Positions 42,662 through 52,230 of a stretch of DNA of 64,000 nt are shown here, piece by piece. The stretch covers positions 2,016,001 to 2,080,000 of the forward strand of contig OY781945.1 in NCBI GenBank assembly GCA_963677435.1. The letters are read 5' to 3'. A program made the position numbers and the translations under genes. The DNA comes from an uncultured Aliarcobacter sp. (GTDB lineage: Bacteria > Campylobacterota > Campylobacteria > Campylobacterales > Arcobacteraceae). The notes beneath the pieces were generated by a model. That model had not been told where the DNA came from, did not search any database, and saw nothing but the letters and a program-made list of their open reading frames with translations. Positions within the stretch are counted from its first letter, which is position 1. Each line of letters starts with the position of its first letter.

Positions 42662-44200
42662 TTAAGAATTTGTTTTTTCTATCGAATCTAAAACAAACCT
42701 CGCAAATGGCTCTATATTTTCTTCAACACTTGCACTCTCAAGTGCATTCATATACTCATCTCTTCTCTCAACTTTTATAACAGTCCAGTTTATTCCACCA
42801 AGAATCAAAAAAGCATTCATGATAAATCTTGCCATTCTTCCATTTCCATCCATATATGGGTGGATATATCCAAAAAGATGATGACCTAAAACTGCTTTTA
42901 CAAATGGATCTTTCTCGTTTGCCAATAACTCAAAATAAGTCTCCATAGCATCTAGCAGTTCACACGCTTCAAGTGGTACATGTTGTGAATTTCTAATAAA
43001 CACTTGATGTCTTCTATATCCTACTAGATCACTAGCTTTTAAAAGACCAGATTGAACACTTGGAGTAAATAGTTTAATAAACCATTTTGAGTGAAGTTTT
43101 TCTACAAATTTATTACCATATTTGTTTGTTGTTACTTCCTCTTTTAAGTCATTTTTTATTTCATTAAAAACTTCAAAATAACCTTTAGCAGCAAGTGCAT
43201 CTTTTGTTTTTTTATCATTATCATCAAGCTCTGGATTCCAGTTTCCTTTTGTCACTTTTTCTATTAAATCATCTGTGATTTTATACCCTTCAATAGATAG
43301 TGAGTGATACATATCTTGCTCTTTTACAATTTCTAGCATAGACTCTATTTTTTGGGCTGAAAAAGTAGTTTTTGGTATCTTTTGTCCAATCTTTTCTACA
43401 ACATCTCTATAATTATTCCACATCGCTTCAAGTTTAAGTGAGGTTACTGATTTTGGTTTATTTGATGATAAAAATCTTACGGCATCTTTGTTAAATGGAT
43501 TTGTTGAATTTAATGAGCCACCAAAAGTGGCATCATAGAGTGATTTTAAAATACCAGCTTCTTCATTTCTCTCAAAAAATAGAAGTGCTCCATGGATTCT
43601 ACTTGCTGCTGTTGTCATTTTGGATTTTGAGTCGGTTAAGATTTCAATAGTTTTTTGAAAATCCCATTTTGAGGTCATAAGTATCTCTACCTCTTTTTGT
43701 TTATCTCTATAGTATGTTGGTCCTGCTTTACAAAGAGCGTATTCAACACTCATCACATTTATACCTCGCAAGCTTGTAATATGCTCTTTTTTAGGGAAGT
43801 TATTAATATCAGGATAAGTTAAAAGTGATGTATTAAAAGGCAGTTTGATATTTGATACGGCTCCTGTTTTTGTGATGATTGAGATTTGTTTTGGGATATA
43901 TCTTTCATTGTTGTGAAGTAAAAGTGAAGCTTCAGGGTTTAGACAATAAGCGGATTTGAATCTTTTTTTGAGGTATTTATTTATAAATTCCCAATAATTT
44001 ATATACCAAGATGTTGTTTCATATTCTAGTTCAGCGGGACTTGATAAATAAACCCATCCGTTTATAATCTCTTTTAAAAATCCAGCTTTTTTAAGCTCAG
44101 TAACTTCTAGTGGTTCAAACTCTTTTGTTTCAAAAACTTGTGATTTATTTTGTAGTTTTTTTATTTTTTTAAGTCCAGAACTTAGTGCTTGATTTTTCAT
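42662..44200 (-). CDS. Fic-domain protein
   Basis: Complete Fic motif HPYMDGNGRMAR. Confidence 0.92.
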   Translation of the reverse strand: MKNQALSSGLKKIKKLQNKSQVFETKEFEPLEVTELKKAGFLKEIINGWVYLSSPAELEYETTSWYINYWEFINKYLKKRFKSAYCLNPEASLLLHNNERYIPKQISIITKTGAVSNIKLPFNTSLLTYPDINNFPKKEHITSLRGINVMSVEYALCKAGPTYYRDKQKEVEILMTSKWDFQKTIEILTDSKSKMTTAASRIHGALLFFERNEEAGILKSLYDATFGGSLNSTNPFNKDAVRFLSSNKPKSVTSLKLEAMWNNYRDVVEKIGQKIPKTTFSAQKIESMLEIVKEQDMYHSLSIEGYKITDDLIEKVTKGNWNPELDDNDKKTKDALAAKGYFEVFNEIKNDLKEEVTTNKYGNKFVEKLHSKWFIKLFTPSVQSGLLKASDLVGYRRHQVFIRNSQHVPLEACELLDAMETYFELLANEKDPFVKAVLGHHLFGYIHPYMDGNGRMARFIMNAFLILGGINWTVIKVERRDEYMNALESASVEENIEPFARFVLDSIEKTNS

Positions 44201-44318
44201 AATTTTCCCTCTTTTGTCTTAAAACCATTATATCACATTACTTTTGTATTTGATATAAAATTACTTTGTTTTTTAAAATAAATTTACTTTTGTTTTTACT
44301 TCTATATTACTTTGAAAA

Positions 44319-45611
44319 TCATTTTAAAATATTTAAAACTTCGATAAGTTGCTTTTCTGTTTTATCTGGAAATAAAAGTTTTAATTGATTTAATTTTTCA
44401 CTATCAATAGGAGCTACTGTTTTCTCCCCAAAAATTTCATCCAACATATCATCAATTACTTTACCAAAGGAGTAATAATTGATTTTTCCATATCTACTTG
44501 TGATAGTTTTATTTTGTTTATGTCCTAAAATTGCACCTGCAACATCATCTCCAATACCCATTCCATTTTTCAAATATGTAGCGATGCAATTTCTTATTTG
44601 GTGGATTACTATTGGTTTGTTTTTCCAATGATTTCTAATAGCACCTTTACTATAAGGTTCATTTTTATTATTAATTTTTGTAAAAATATATCCACTTTTT
44701 TTAATACCAATAGATTCTAAAGTCTCTTTTAATCTATGAGATAGATGATAAATCATATCAACCCTTGCTTTGTTATTTAAAGCTCTTACCGTATAAATAT
44801 TCTCTTCAAAATTTATATCGCTCCACTCTAAAGTTACCACTTCACCAAATCTTCTTCCGTGCATCAAAAACATAAAAATTTCTCTCACGGGAGTTATTGG
44901 ATAATTTTTTAGCTCATTAAAAAGCTCTTTTATCTCCTCTAAAGTTAGCTCCAAACCCCTTTCATTATTTAGTGGTGGCAAATCTCTTTGAAGTGCGGGA
45001 GATGGGATATTTATACCAAATTTTGCTGCTTTCATATTAAAGTATTTAAAAATTGGATTTACAGACTGATAAACACCCCTTGATGTTCTCTCTGCCATTC
45101 CTGCTTTTTTCATAGTTGATACAACTTTATGAATATCTTCTTCATCAATCATACCGATTGGTTTGTTCATGATTGATTTTAACCATTTATTATGAAATTG
45201 CTCAAACTTTTTTCGTGGAAACTCTTTTTTATCATCCCTTGCTTCATACTGAGCAACTTTATACTCTAAATATAGCTCATAAACCTTACTGTAAGACATA
45301 TCAGTTGTAAACTCTTGTTTTGTATATGCTTCCACACTTATTTCATCCATCAGGTTTTCATAAACTTTTGAAGCTTTTTTGATTGCATCAAGGAGTGTTG
45401 TATTTTGATCAAATACCATTGTTTTTTTCTTTTGATTTATTTTACCTTGTATCATTTTTGAAGCTCTTATGAGCAATTTATAAGGCTTTGTAAATGTTAT
45501 GTTTGAGTTTATGATTTTTTTATCTTTGATTTTGCTAGATGGAATTTGCCCATCATCTTTGTAACTCAAACCGCTAGTATTTACTTTTTTTATATCAAAT
45601 GTCAGTAGCAT
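44319..45611 (-). CDS. Island integrase (tyrosine recombinase)
   Basis: HGRRFGEV (R), NNKAR (K), HQIR, LGHK and SRYG (Y). Lies adjacent to attR. Confidence 0.92.
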   Translation of the reverse strand: MLLTFDIKKVNTSGLSYKDDGQIPSSKIKDKKIINSNITFTKPYKLLIRASKMIQGKINQKKKTMVFDQNTTLLDAIKKASKVYENLMDEISVEAYTKQEFTTDMSYSKVYELYLEYKVAQYEARDDKKEFPRKKFEQFHNKWLKSIMNKPIGMIDEEDIHKVVSTMKKAGMAERTSRGVYQSVNPIFKYFNMKAAKFGINIPSPALQRDLPPLNNERGLELTLEEIKELFNELKNYPITPVREIFMFLMHGRRFGEVVTLEWSDINFEENIYTVRALNNKARVDMIYHLSHRLKETLESIGIKKSGYIFTKINNKNEPYSKGAIRNHWKNKPIVIHQIRNCIATYLKNGMGIGDDVAGAILGHKQNKTITSRYGKINYYSFGKVIDDMLDEIFGEKTVAPIDSEKLNQLKLLFPDKTEKQLIEVLNILK

Positions 45612-46170
45612 TTGTTTTTTCCTTTATAAAACTAACTGCTTTTTTAATTGTTTCTTCAAGTGTAGTGATTACAAAAGTTTTTTTATAAGCTTTTCTTTTT
45701 CCATTTTCAATAGTTATCGCTTTTCTTACTTTTACTCTTGCTTCATCTGGTAATTCTAATCCATCAAATTTACAAATTTTTCCATCATAGTTTAAAAACT
45801 CATCATCGATAATCACAGGAGTCGTTACAGAAATATTTTTATAACCTTCAATTAAATATTGATCTGGTAATTTTTTTATATGAACTTTCTTTTCAGATTT
45901 GTATTTATCAAGTAGTTTTTCAACTTTTGGAGCATAAACCAAAGAGTTAAACATAATTATTTGTTTCGTTGTATTTTCATTGAATATATTTGCTTTTTGT
46001 TTTTTAGCTCTACTGCAACAAGGAACTAAATTATTAAGCTCATCATTTCCACCCTTTGATAAAGGCTGAATATAATCAATATGCATATCAAACATAGTGA
46101 TTGGTATTCCTGTGTAAAAACACAAACCATCATGAGCTTCCCATAGTGATCTTTTTAATTCTTGATTCAT
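45595..46170 (-). CDS. Degenerate HNH-like protein overlapping the integrase start
   Basis: CFYTG...HIDYIQPLSKGGNDELNNLVPCC, with the usual DH replaced by DY and the later Asn absent. ATG 46170 has RBS AAGGA. Confidence 0.7.
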   Translation of the reverse strand: MNQELKRSLWEAHDGLCFYTGIPITMFDMHIDYIQPLSKGGNDELNNLVPCCSRAKKQKANIFNENTTKQIIMFNSLVYAPKVEKLLDKYKSEKKVHIKKLPDQYLIEGYKNISVTTPVIIDDEFLNYDGKICKFDGLELPDEARVKVRKAITIENGKRKAYKKTFVITTLEETIKKAVSFIKEKTNATDI

Positions 46171-46187
46171 AACTAAATCCTTTTTGC

Positions 46188-46295
46188 GTGTACCTTTTTG
46201 GGACAAAAAAGGTACATAAATTACTATATATATTTGGATTTAATTATATTTATTTATAGTTTAAAAGAATTTTAAAAGCCCTTAAATAAAGCTTT
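46188..46295. repeat. Right att-arm motifs
   Basis: GTGTACCTTTTT is the inverted copy of AAAAAGGTACAC at 23969-23980. Also GGTACATAAA at 46211 and TTTAAAAGCCCTTAAATAAAGCTTT at 46271. Confidence 0.65.
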
Positions 46296-46337
46296 CTTGT
46301 GTGTCATCTGTATGTATGTGTGTCTTTATTTAAAGGC

Positions 46338-46393
46338 GATTCAAAATCCCTCGCCCTTTGGGTATGTCGGTTCAAGTCCGACTAGCGGTACCA
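46338..46393 (+). pseudogene. 3' half of host tRNA-Leu(CAA), including the attR core (46338-46348)
   Basis: GATTCAAAATCCCT...GTCGG-TTCAAGT-CCGAC-TAGCGGT-ACCA. TCCCT pairs with AGGGA and TAGCGGT pairs with GCCGCTA of the 5' half. Confidence 0.92.
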
Positions 46394-46507
46394 TTTATTA
46401 TCTCAATATATTAAAAAAACTATATAGAGCTTTTCAATAAAAATCTCATATAATATTTTAACAACTACCCACAAAATATGTGGATAATTTCTAACTATTT
46501 TGTTTAA

Positions 46508-47944
46508 TTATAATCCTCTATAAATATTAATCAATTGATTTTTATCAATTTTATGATTTGTGTTATATGGAAATTTATCTAAAACAACTATATCTGAAGG
46601 AATCATATAATATGGTAATACTTCTGAAATCTCTTTTTTAAGCTCTTCTATTTCAATTTGAGTATTTATAATAATAAATGTGATTAGTTTTACCACTTCT
46701 GTTCCTCTTTTTAAAGGAATTGTGATTGATTCATTTATGTTTTTATTATTTGTAAACTCTTTATCAATCTCCCCTATTTCTATTCTGAAACCATGAAGTT
46801 TGATTAACTCATCTTTTCTATTTGCAAAGAAAAGCATATTATCTTCAAAATATCCAAAATCTCCTGTTCTAAAACTTCTTTTTTCATATTTTGCTTCAAA
46901 TTTTTGGGCATTTAACTCTTCATTTTTAAAATATCCAATAGAAACATTATCACCAACTATCTCTATTTCTCCAACATTTTCACTATCAATATCTAATAGA
47001 TTTATTACTGTATTTGCTTTTACATATCCAACTGGTAAACTTTTTGAATACTTCTCAATTATTGCAGGTGTAATATCCACTAAAGTAGTAGCAACAGTAG
47101 CCTCTGTTGGCCCATAAGTGTTAAGAACTTTTGAGCTAGGAAAACTATTCAGAATTCTTTTTGCAGTCATAGCAGGCAATACTTCTCCGCAAAATAGGAA
47201 AGTTTGTAAACTTTTTATTTCATTGGTTGTAAATTCAGATGAAAGTAAATATTTACTAATAAATGATGGAGTTGATACCCAAGTATTACACTTATATTTT
47301 TTTAATCGTTCAAAATACTCAATATGATTTTCAAGTAATTCTCTACTATTTAAAATAATAGTTCCACCAAATGATAAGAATCCAACAAGTTCATATACTG
47401 ATAAATCAAAACTAAAAGGTGCTTGATTCATGAATACACTATCTTTTGAAAATTTAAAATCAGATTCTAGCCACTTATTAAAATCTAATATTGAGTTTTG
47501 TGTTATTTGAACACCTTTTGGCTCACCTGTACTTCCAGATGTAAATATAATATATATAATTGGATCAGCTAAATCATATGAAGTATTTACATTATCTTTG
47601 TTAAAATCTAAAGCATCATCAATAGTATTGATTATAAGTGCAGAACTTACAATATTTACAATTTTTTGAAGTCTCTCTTTTGGATAAATTGTATCAACTG
47701 GAATATATGGTAATCCTAAACTCATACATGCTGTCATTGTTACTATAAACTTAGCTTCTTTATGTCCATAAATAACTACTGGATGACCTTTTGGTAAATT
47801 ATAGTTTGAAATTTCAGTTTTAAGTTTTTCAACTTCATTTTTAAATTCAAGCCAAGTTAAATCTTTATCACTAGCACATATTGCCAATTTTTCAGAATCT
47901 TTGTCACAATCAACAAAGTCTAATACTTTTAAATCAAATCTCAT
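46508..47944 (-). CDS. dltA: D-alanine--D-alanyl carrier protein ligase
   Basis: YIIFTSGSTGEPKGVQI, NQAPFSFDLSV, NTYGPTEATVA and NHKIDK motifs. Confidence 0.9.
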   Translation of the reverse strand: MRFDLKVLDFVDCDKDSEKLAICASDKDLTWLEFKNEVEKLKTEISNYNLPKGHPVVIYGHKEAKFIVTMTACMSLGLPYIPVDTIYPKERLQKIVNIVSSALIINTIDDALDFNKDNVNTSYDLADPIIYIIFTSGSTGEPKGVQITQNSILDFNKWLESDFKFSKDSVFMNQAPFSFDLSVYELVGFLSFGGTIILNSRELLENHIEYFERLKKYKCNTWVSTPSFISKYLLSSEFTTNEIKSLQTFLFCGEVLPAMTAKRILNSFPSSKVLNTYGPTEATVATTLVDITPAIIEKYSKSLPVGYVKANTVINLLDIDSENVGEIEIVGDNVSIGYFKNEELNAQKFEAKYEKRSFRTGDFGYFEDNMLFFANRKDELIKLHGFRIEIGEIDKEFTNNKNINESITIPLKRGTEVVKLITFIIINTQIEIEELKKEISEVLPYYMIPSDIVVLDKFPYNTNHKIDKNQLINIYRGL

Positions 47945-49077
47945 AAAGGAACTCTCCCACTAAAAAAGTATAGTGCTAAAACTGCACCGTTTATCATTAA
48001 AAATCGTTTTAAATTCAAAGCTATAATATCTGGAAAAAATGAGAAATAATCATATCCACCTTTTTTAACATAAACAACATATATGTTATGAATAGCAGAG
48101 TAAAGTCCAAATAAAAAACCACTAAAAATAAAATACCAAGTAAAACCATTCCACATTCCCATAAGTAAAAATGTGGCAATGATTGCTAAATTTTGAATTA
48201 ATAATCTTCTCCCTTTTAAAATATTAAAATTATGTAAATATTTATATAAAGGTTTGAAGAAATAATCAGTTAACCAAGAACCTAAAGTAATATGAAATCT
48301 TCTCCAAAAATCTTGTGGGTTTGGGGCTAAATATGGATGATTAAAGTTCATAGGAACATTAATTCCAATCATAATACTTAAACCAACAGCCATGGCACTA
48401 TAACCTGCAAAATCAAAAAATAGATATACCGTATAAGAATAGGCACAATTTATCATGTCAAGTAGCATTGTGCTTTTTTCATCAATATTTGAAAGCCAAA
48501 AGTTATCAACTAAACCGGCAAAGATAAATTTAAATAAAATCCCAACGATTAAAATATCCCAACCTTTTCCAATATTACTTAAAGTTAAATTCTCATAACC
48601 TTTTTGTAAATCTTGTTGAAATCTATATGATCTATCAATTGGACCTGCTAAGAGTGTTGTTGGGAATAATAAAAATGATGCAAACTCAACAAATGAAAGT
48701 TTTCCATAATTTTGACTATCAACAATAGCTTGAATTGTTCTAAATGTTATGTATGAAATACCCAAAATCTTAAACAAAGGATCTACATCAATCTTATGTA
48801 TTATCATAGGTATGGCAACTAACATCATTGGAAAGATAGTTTCTTGATACTTATTTGATACAAATATCCAATAAATAACATAAACATATAAAAGAAAAAA
48901 TAAAATTTTATCTGCATGGGGTATACAAAAGAATATATATAATACAACTGCAATAAATAAAACCATACTATAAGAAATAAATTTATTTAGAATATTTTTA
49001 AATAGATATAAAAATAGCACAAAGCCAAAAAATATAATAAAAAAGTTAATTCCAGAAAAAGGTAAAATGTTTTCCAT
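47941..49077 (-). CDS. dltB: MBOAT D-alanyl transfer protein
   Basis: GISYITFR, GPIDRSYRF, FDFAGYS and FWRRFHITL motifs. Confidence 0.9.
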   Translation of the reverse strand: MENILPFSGINFFIIFFGFVLFLYLFKNILNKFISYSMVLFIAVVLYIFFCIPHADKILFFLLYVYVIYWIFVSNKYQETIFPMMLVAIPMIIHKIDVDPLFKILGISYITFRTIQAIVDSQNYGKLSFVEFASFLLFPTTLLAGPIDRSYRFQQDLQKGYENLTLSNIGKGWDILIVGILFKFIFAGLVDNFWLSNIDEKSTMLLDMINCAYSYTVYLFFDFAGYSAMAVGLSIMIGINVPMNFNHPYLAPNPQDFWRRFHITLGSWLTDYFFKPLYKYLHNFNILKGRRLLIQNLAIIATFLLMGMWNGFTWYFIFSGFLFGLYSAIHNIYVVYVKKGGYDYFSFFPDIIALNLKRFLMINGAVLALYFFSGRVPL

Positions 49078-49217
49078 TAAAAGGCCTCATAAACAAATTC
49101 AACAGTTGATTCAGGGTCTTTCCCACTTAAATCTTCAATATTTTTATCAATAATAAAAAAAGAAAAACCAACAATTAATAACAAATATATCAAGAAATTT
49201 CTAAAAAAATATTTCAT
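49077..49217 (-). CDS. dltX: DltX-like small membrane peptide (46 aa, absent from the ORF track)
   Basis: MKYFFRNFLIYLLLIVGFSFFIIDKNIEDLSGKDPESTVEFVYEAF*: one TM plus the DltX-type C-terminal F-x-Y-x-x-F motif. It fills the gap between dltD and dltB exactly. Confidence 0.8.
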   Translation of the reverse strand: MKYFFRNFLIYLLLIVGFSFFIIDKNIEDLSGKDPESTVEFVYEAF

Positions 49218-50357
49218 TTAATTTCCCTTTTTTGTCATAAAATAATCAATAATTTTTTTATCAACAGTTACCCAACCTAACTCACCCATATGGACAATAT
49301 CCGTCATACTACCCATTTGATAGTCTTCATTTTTATACGACCACATATCTAAATATTCAAACCCATGTTCTAAAACTTTTGATTTTATATTTGACATAAG
49401 TTCATTTGCTTCATCTCTATTTTTTGCAAAAACATAAGGATTTAAATTTTGCATTACAAAAAGAGGTTTTATCTTATAGCTTTTTAAAAAATCAAGTAGT
49501 ACTAAAAGGTCTTGATACTCTTGATTTTTGTCTAATTCTGGCGGTACAACAATTGAAAAAGGGAAATTTCCTTTTTCAATTTCAGGTTCAATATATGTCG
49601 TATAATATTCATTATGAATTCCATAAATATTATTTGAAGTTGAAAGTGCAACTTTATTAGCTTCAATCTTTAAACTATCATAATCAAGTTTTGGTTTGAC
49701 ATAAGTCACAACTTGTGGATTGATATCTTTACTATCAAAAGATTCAATAATATTTTTTTTGATGATATTATCTAAATAATTATCTTCTAAAGTATCTAAT
49801 GGGAATTTATATATGAAATTTGGGTCTTTTATTAAAGATATATTTTTTTGAATATAATCACTAACTAAATTTTTATATTTGTCATCTGCCTCACTTTGGA
49901 AATAAAGTTTATTCATCATTCCTGAATACATATATTCCAAAAATTTTGGCATAGTAAGTCCATTATCATTAGCACCTGTAAACCAACTTGGTGATAAAAG
50001 AATTACAACTCTTGCATTTTGTCTTGTAATATCATTATCACATGCTGCAAGTTGTGACATAATTACAAAATCTTGTTGTCCTTCATTTCCTTGAACTCTT
50101 AAAGGTAAATTTAATTCATTGTTAAAATAATTCTGAGGTAAAAATTTTTGATTTGGATAAAGTACTAATTCAGATGAACCAAATACAACTATTTTTCCAG
50201 TTTCTAAATCACTTTGTAAACTAACCGTTTTTTGTAATGAATCCTGCAAAGGGATTGCATAATAATTTAAGATTTTATCTTTACCAAAATAAATCACTAA
50301 TATAACTACAATAGAAGCAGAGATAAAAGATAAAATATTTGTAAAAAGTTTGTTCAC
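49218..50357 (-). CDS. dltD: DltD
   Basis: FGSSEL, LLSPSWF and MTDIVHMGELGW motifs. N-terminal anchor. Confidence 0.88.
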   Translation of the reverse strand: MNKLFTNILSFISASIVVILVIYFGKDKILNYYAIPLQDSLQKTVSLQSDLETGKIVVFGSSELVLYPNQKFLPQNYFNNELNLPLRVQGNEGQQDFVIMSQLAACDNDITRQNARVVILLSPSWFTGANDNGLTMPKFLEYMYSGMMNKLYFQSEADDKYKNLVSDYIQKNISLIKDPNFIYKFPLDTLEDNYLDNIIKKNIIESFDSKDINPQVVTYVKPKLDYDSLKIEANKVALSTSNNIYGIHNEYYTTYIEPEIEKGNFPFSIVVPPELDKNQEYQDLLVLLDFLKSYKIKPLFVMQNLNPYVFAKNRDEANELMSNIKSKVLEHGFEYLDMWSYKNEDYQMGSMTDIVHMGELGWVTVDKKIIDYFMTKKGN

Positions 50358-50584
50358 TAAATTCTACTTTTTATATAATTTGCTAATTTTTCAACACTAT
50401 CAAAATTACTTTCTATAATATCTCTTGTATCAATTTTTATATTGAATTCTTCCTCTAACATCATTGCTAAATCAACCGTTCCCATACTATCAATTAAATT
50501 TGAAGTATATAATGCTTCTTCATTAGTTACTGGTTTAAATGCAATTTCTTCTACTAGAGGTTTTATTCTTTCTATTAAATCCAT
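50357..50584 (-). CDS. dltC: D-alanyl carrier protein
   Basis: 75 aa with the phosphopantetheine site LIDSMGTV. Confidence 0.85.
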   Translation of the reverse strand: MDLIERIKPLVEEIAFKPVTNEEALYTSNLIDSMGTVDLAMMLEEEFNIKIDTRDIIESNFDSVEKLANYIKSRI

Positions 50585-50987
50585 TTTTTTCTCCTAAGTT
50601 CTTTTTTTGCTTGCTATTTTACTATATTTTTCAAAACTTATATCCCAGTTATTTATGAGTTCTAAGTAAAAAAATACCTATTTAACTATGTTAAAATATT
50701 TTTTACTTTATATACAAAATTTTCTATATATTTAAGTGAAAATCCAAGTTAAATAAAGTTGTGAATAGTGACATAGCAAAGACCATAGTGTCAATATTTA
50801 GTTAATTTGTTACTTTTTATTTTCAAAAAGAGTTACATAAGGTATCATTAATGATTTTTATAAAATTTATATTTTTTTTTAAGTATTATATAAGTAAAAA
50901 TAAGAGTTGATTTTTTTGAAAGAATTTAAGGATAAAAAGCTTTTTCAAGCATGGAAAATTCCATACTTGAAATTCATAATAGTTTTA

Positions 50988-52133
50988 CTATTTTGCTAAA
51001 CGATTATCTATCCATGTACCAATTGGTGTAGTGATTTTTTGTAATAACCAACTAACAACCATAAATGTAATAATCCAAGCAGTGACAGCTGCCCACGCAG
51101 GTAAAATATCAAAATAAATATCATATCGAGATATTAATGGCCAGTGAATTAAATATACTTCAAATGAATAAATTCCATAAATAGCTAAAAATTTATTATC
51201 AAATTTTTTAAGAATAAATATAACAATAAATGCAAACATAATAACTATAGAAGTAAGCTGATCAACAAAATATCCTTGCCCCAAGATTGAAGTTAATAAA
51301 GGCCAATGATTAGCTGTTGTATTTAAAGACATATAAACAACAAGTACAAGCATTAAAAGTATTACAACATAAGACATAAATGTAGATTCATCTCTAAATT
51401 TTTTAAATGCTGTAACAAACTTATTCTCTTTATCTTTTGTTTCAAATAAAAGCCAAGCAAATACCATACCTAAAGAAAATGCAACTGTATGTAATCTATG
51501 AAGCCAATTATCTCCTAAATCTAAAGGATTATATACACCAATTAAAGTTGCAACTACAGCTAAAATTAAAGCACTTAACCAAGGTCTTTTTACGCTAAAT
51601 ACAATTGGGAAAAGTATATAAAACATCATCATCCAAGTGATATACCAAAAAGGTGAGTTAACATCATCAAAACCTCTAGCAGTGGGAAACCAACCTATTA
51701 AAGACTGTAACATATAAGGTACAGGATAATGAATATTTAAAAATATTGCATTTGAAGCAAAAATAAGAATTGTTACAACCCAAAATGGAATAAAGATTTT
51801 AATTGCTCTTCTTTTATAAAAATCCATTAAAGGAAGAGGTCTTTTTAACATTCCAACAGTCAAACCAAATCCTGACATAAATAGAAATAAATCTACACCA
51901 ACTCCTGCAATTATAGAAAGAGGAAAAAGGAAATCAGCATTTGTCACTAACATATAAGCAAAGTGTGCAAAAACAACCGTTAAAATCCCTAAACCTTTTA
52001 ACTCTTGAGTAACAGGAATTGGGAACAAATCAGTTCGTTTTGTTCTAGAGAAAGTAAAAAGAACTACTGCTATTAAAATAGCAATTACAATAAAGTTTGT
52101 CCTGAAAATATCATCAGTAAGTGTTATAGGCAT
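50988..52133 (-). CDS. Acyltransferase-3 family membrane protein
   Basis: LKGLGILTVVFAH, GVDLFLFMSGFGL and YSFEVYLIHW motifs. Multi-TM. Confidence 0.85.
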   Translation of the reverse strand: MPITLTDDIFRTNFIVIAILIAVVLFTFSRTKRTDLFPIPVTQELKGLGILTVVFAHFAYMLVTNADFLFPLSIIAGVGVDLFLFMSGFGLTVGMLKRPLPLMDFYKRRAIKIFIPFWVVTILIFASNAIFLNIHYPVPYMLQSLIGWFPTARGFDDVNSPFWYITWMMMFYILFPIVFSVKRPWLSALILAVVATLIGVYNPLDLGDNWLHRLHTVAFSLGMVFAWLLFETKDKENKFVTAFKKFRDESTFMSYVVILLMLVLVVYMSLNTTANHWPLLTSILGQGYFVDQLTSIVIMFAFIVIFILKKFDNKFLAIYGIYSFEVYLIHWPLISRYDIYFDILPAWAAVTAWIITFMVVSWLLQKITTPIGTWIDNRLAK

Positions 52134-52230
52134 ATATGCTCCCAGATTTTAAGTAGTTTTTTTGAAAAATAAAGCTATTTTCCAAAAAATTCTTGCGCAT
52201 ATTATAACTCTTTTTAAATAAAATGAATAA

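Larger units (their letters stand above)
23900..46348. mobile_element. 22.4 kb integrative element (defence island, probably mobilisable) inserted in the tRNA-Leu(CAA) anticodon loop
   Basis: Flanked by the direct repeat GATTCAAAATC. Removing it rebuilds a perfectly paired tRNA. Integrase at the right end and an Xis-like gene at the left end. No phage structural or T4SS genes recognised. Confidence 0.92.

Noticed and set aside
23900..46348. Prophage or self-transmissible ICE
   Set aside because: No capsid, terminase, tail, VirB4 or coupling-protein genes recognised.
23871..46393. Split tRNA-Leu as an intron-containing tRNA (group I introns occur in tRNA-Leu anticodon loops)
   Set aside because: The insert is 22.4 kb, has a duplicated 11-bp core, and encodes an integrase and Xis. 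No group I core is visible.
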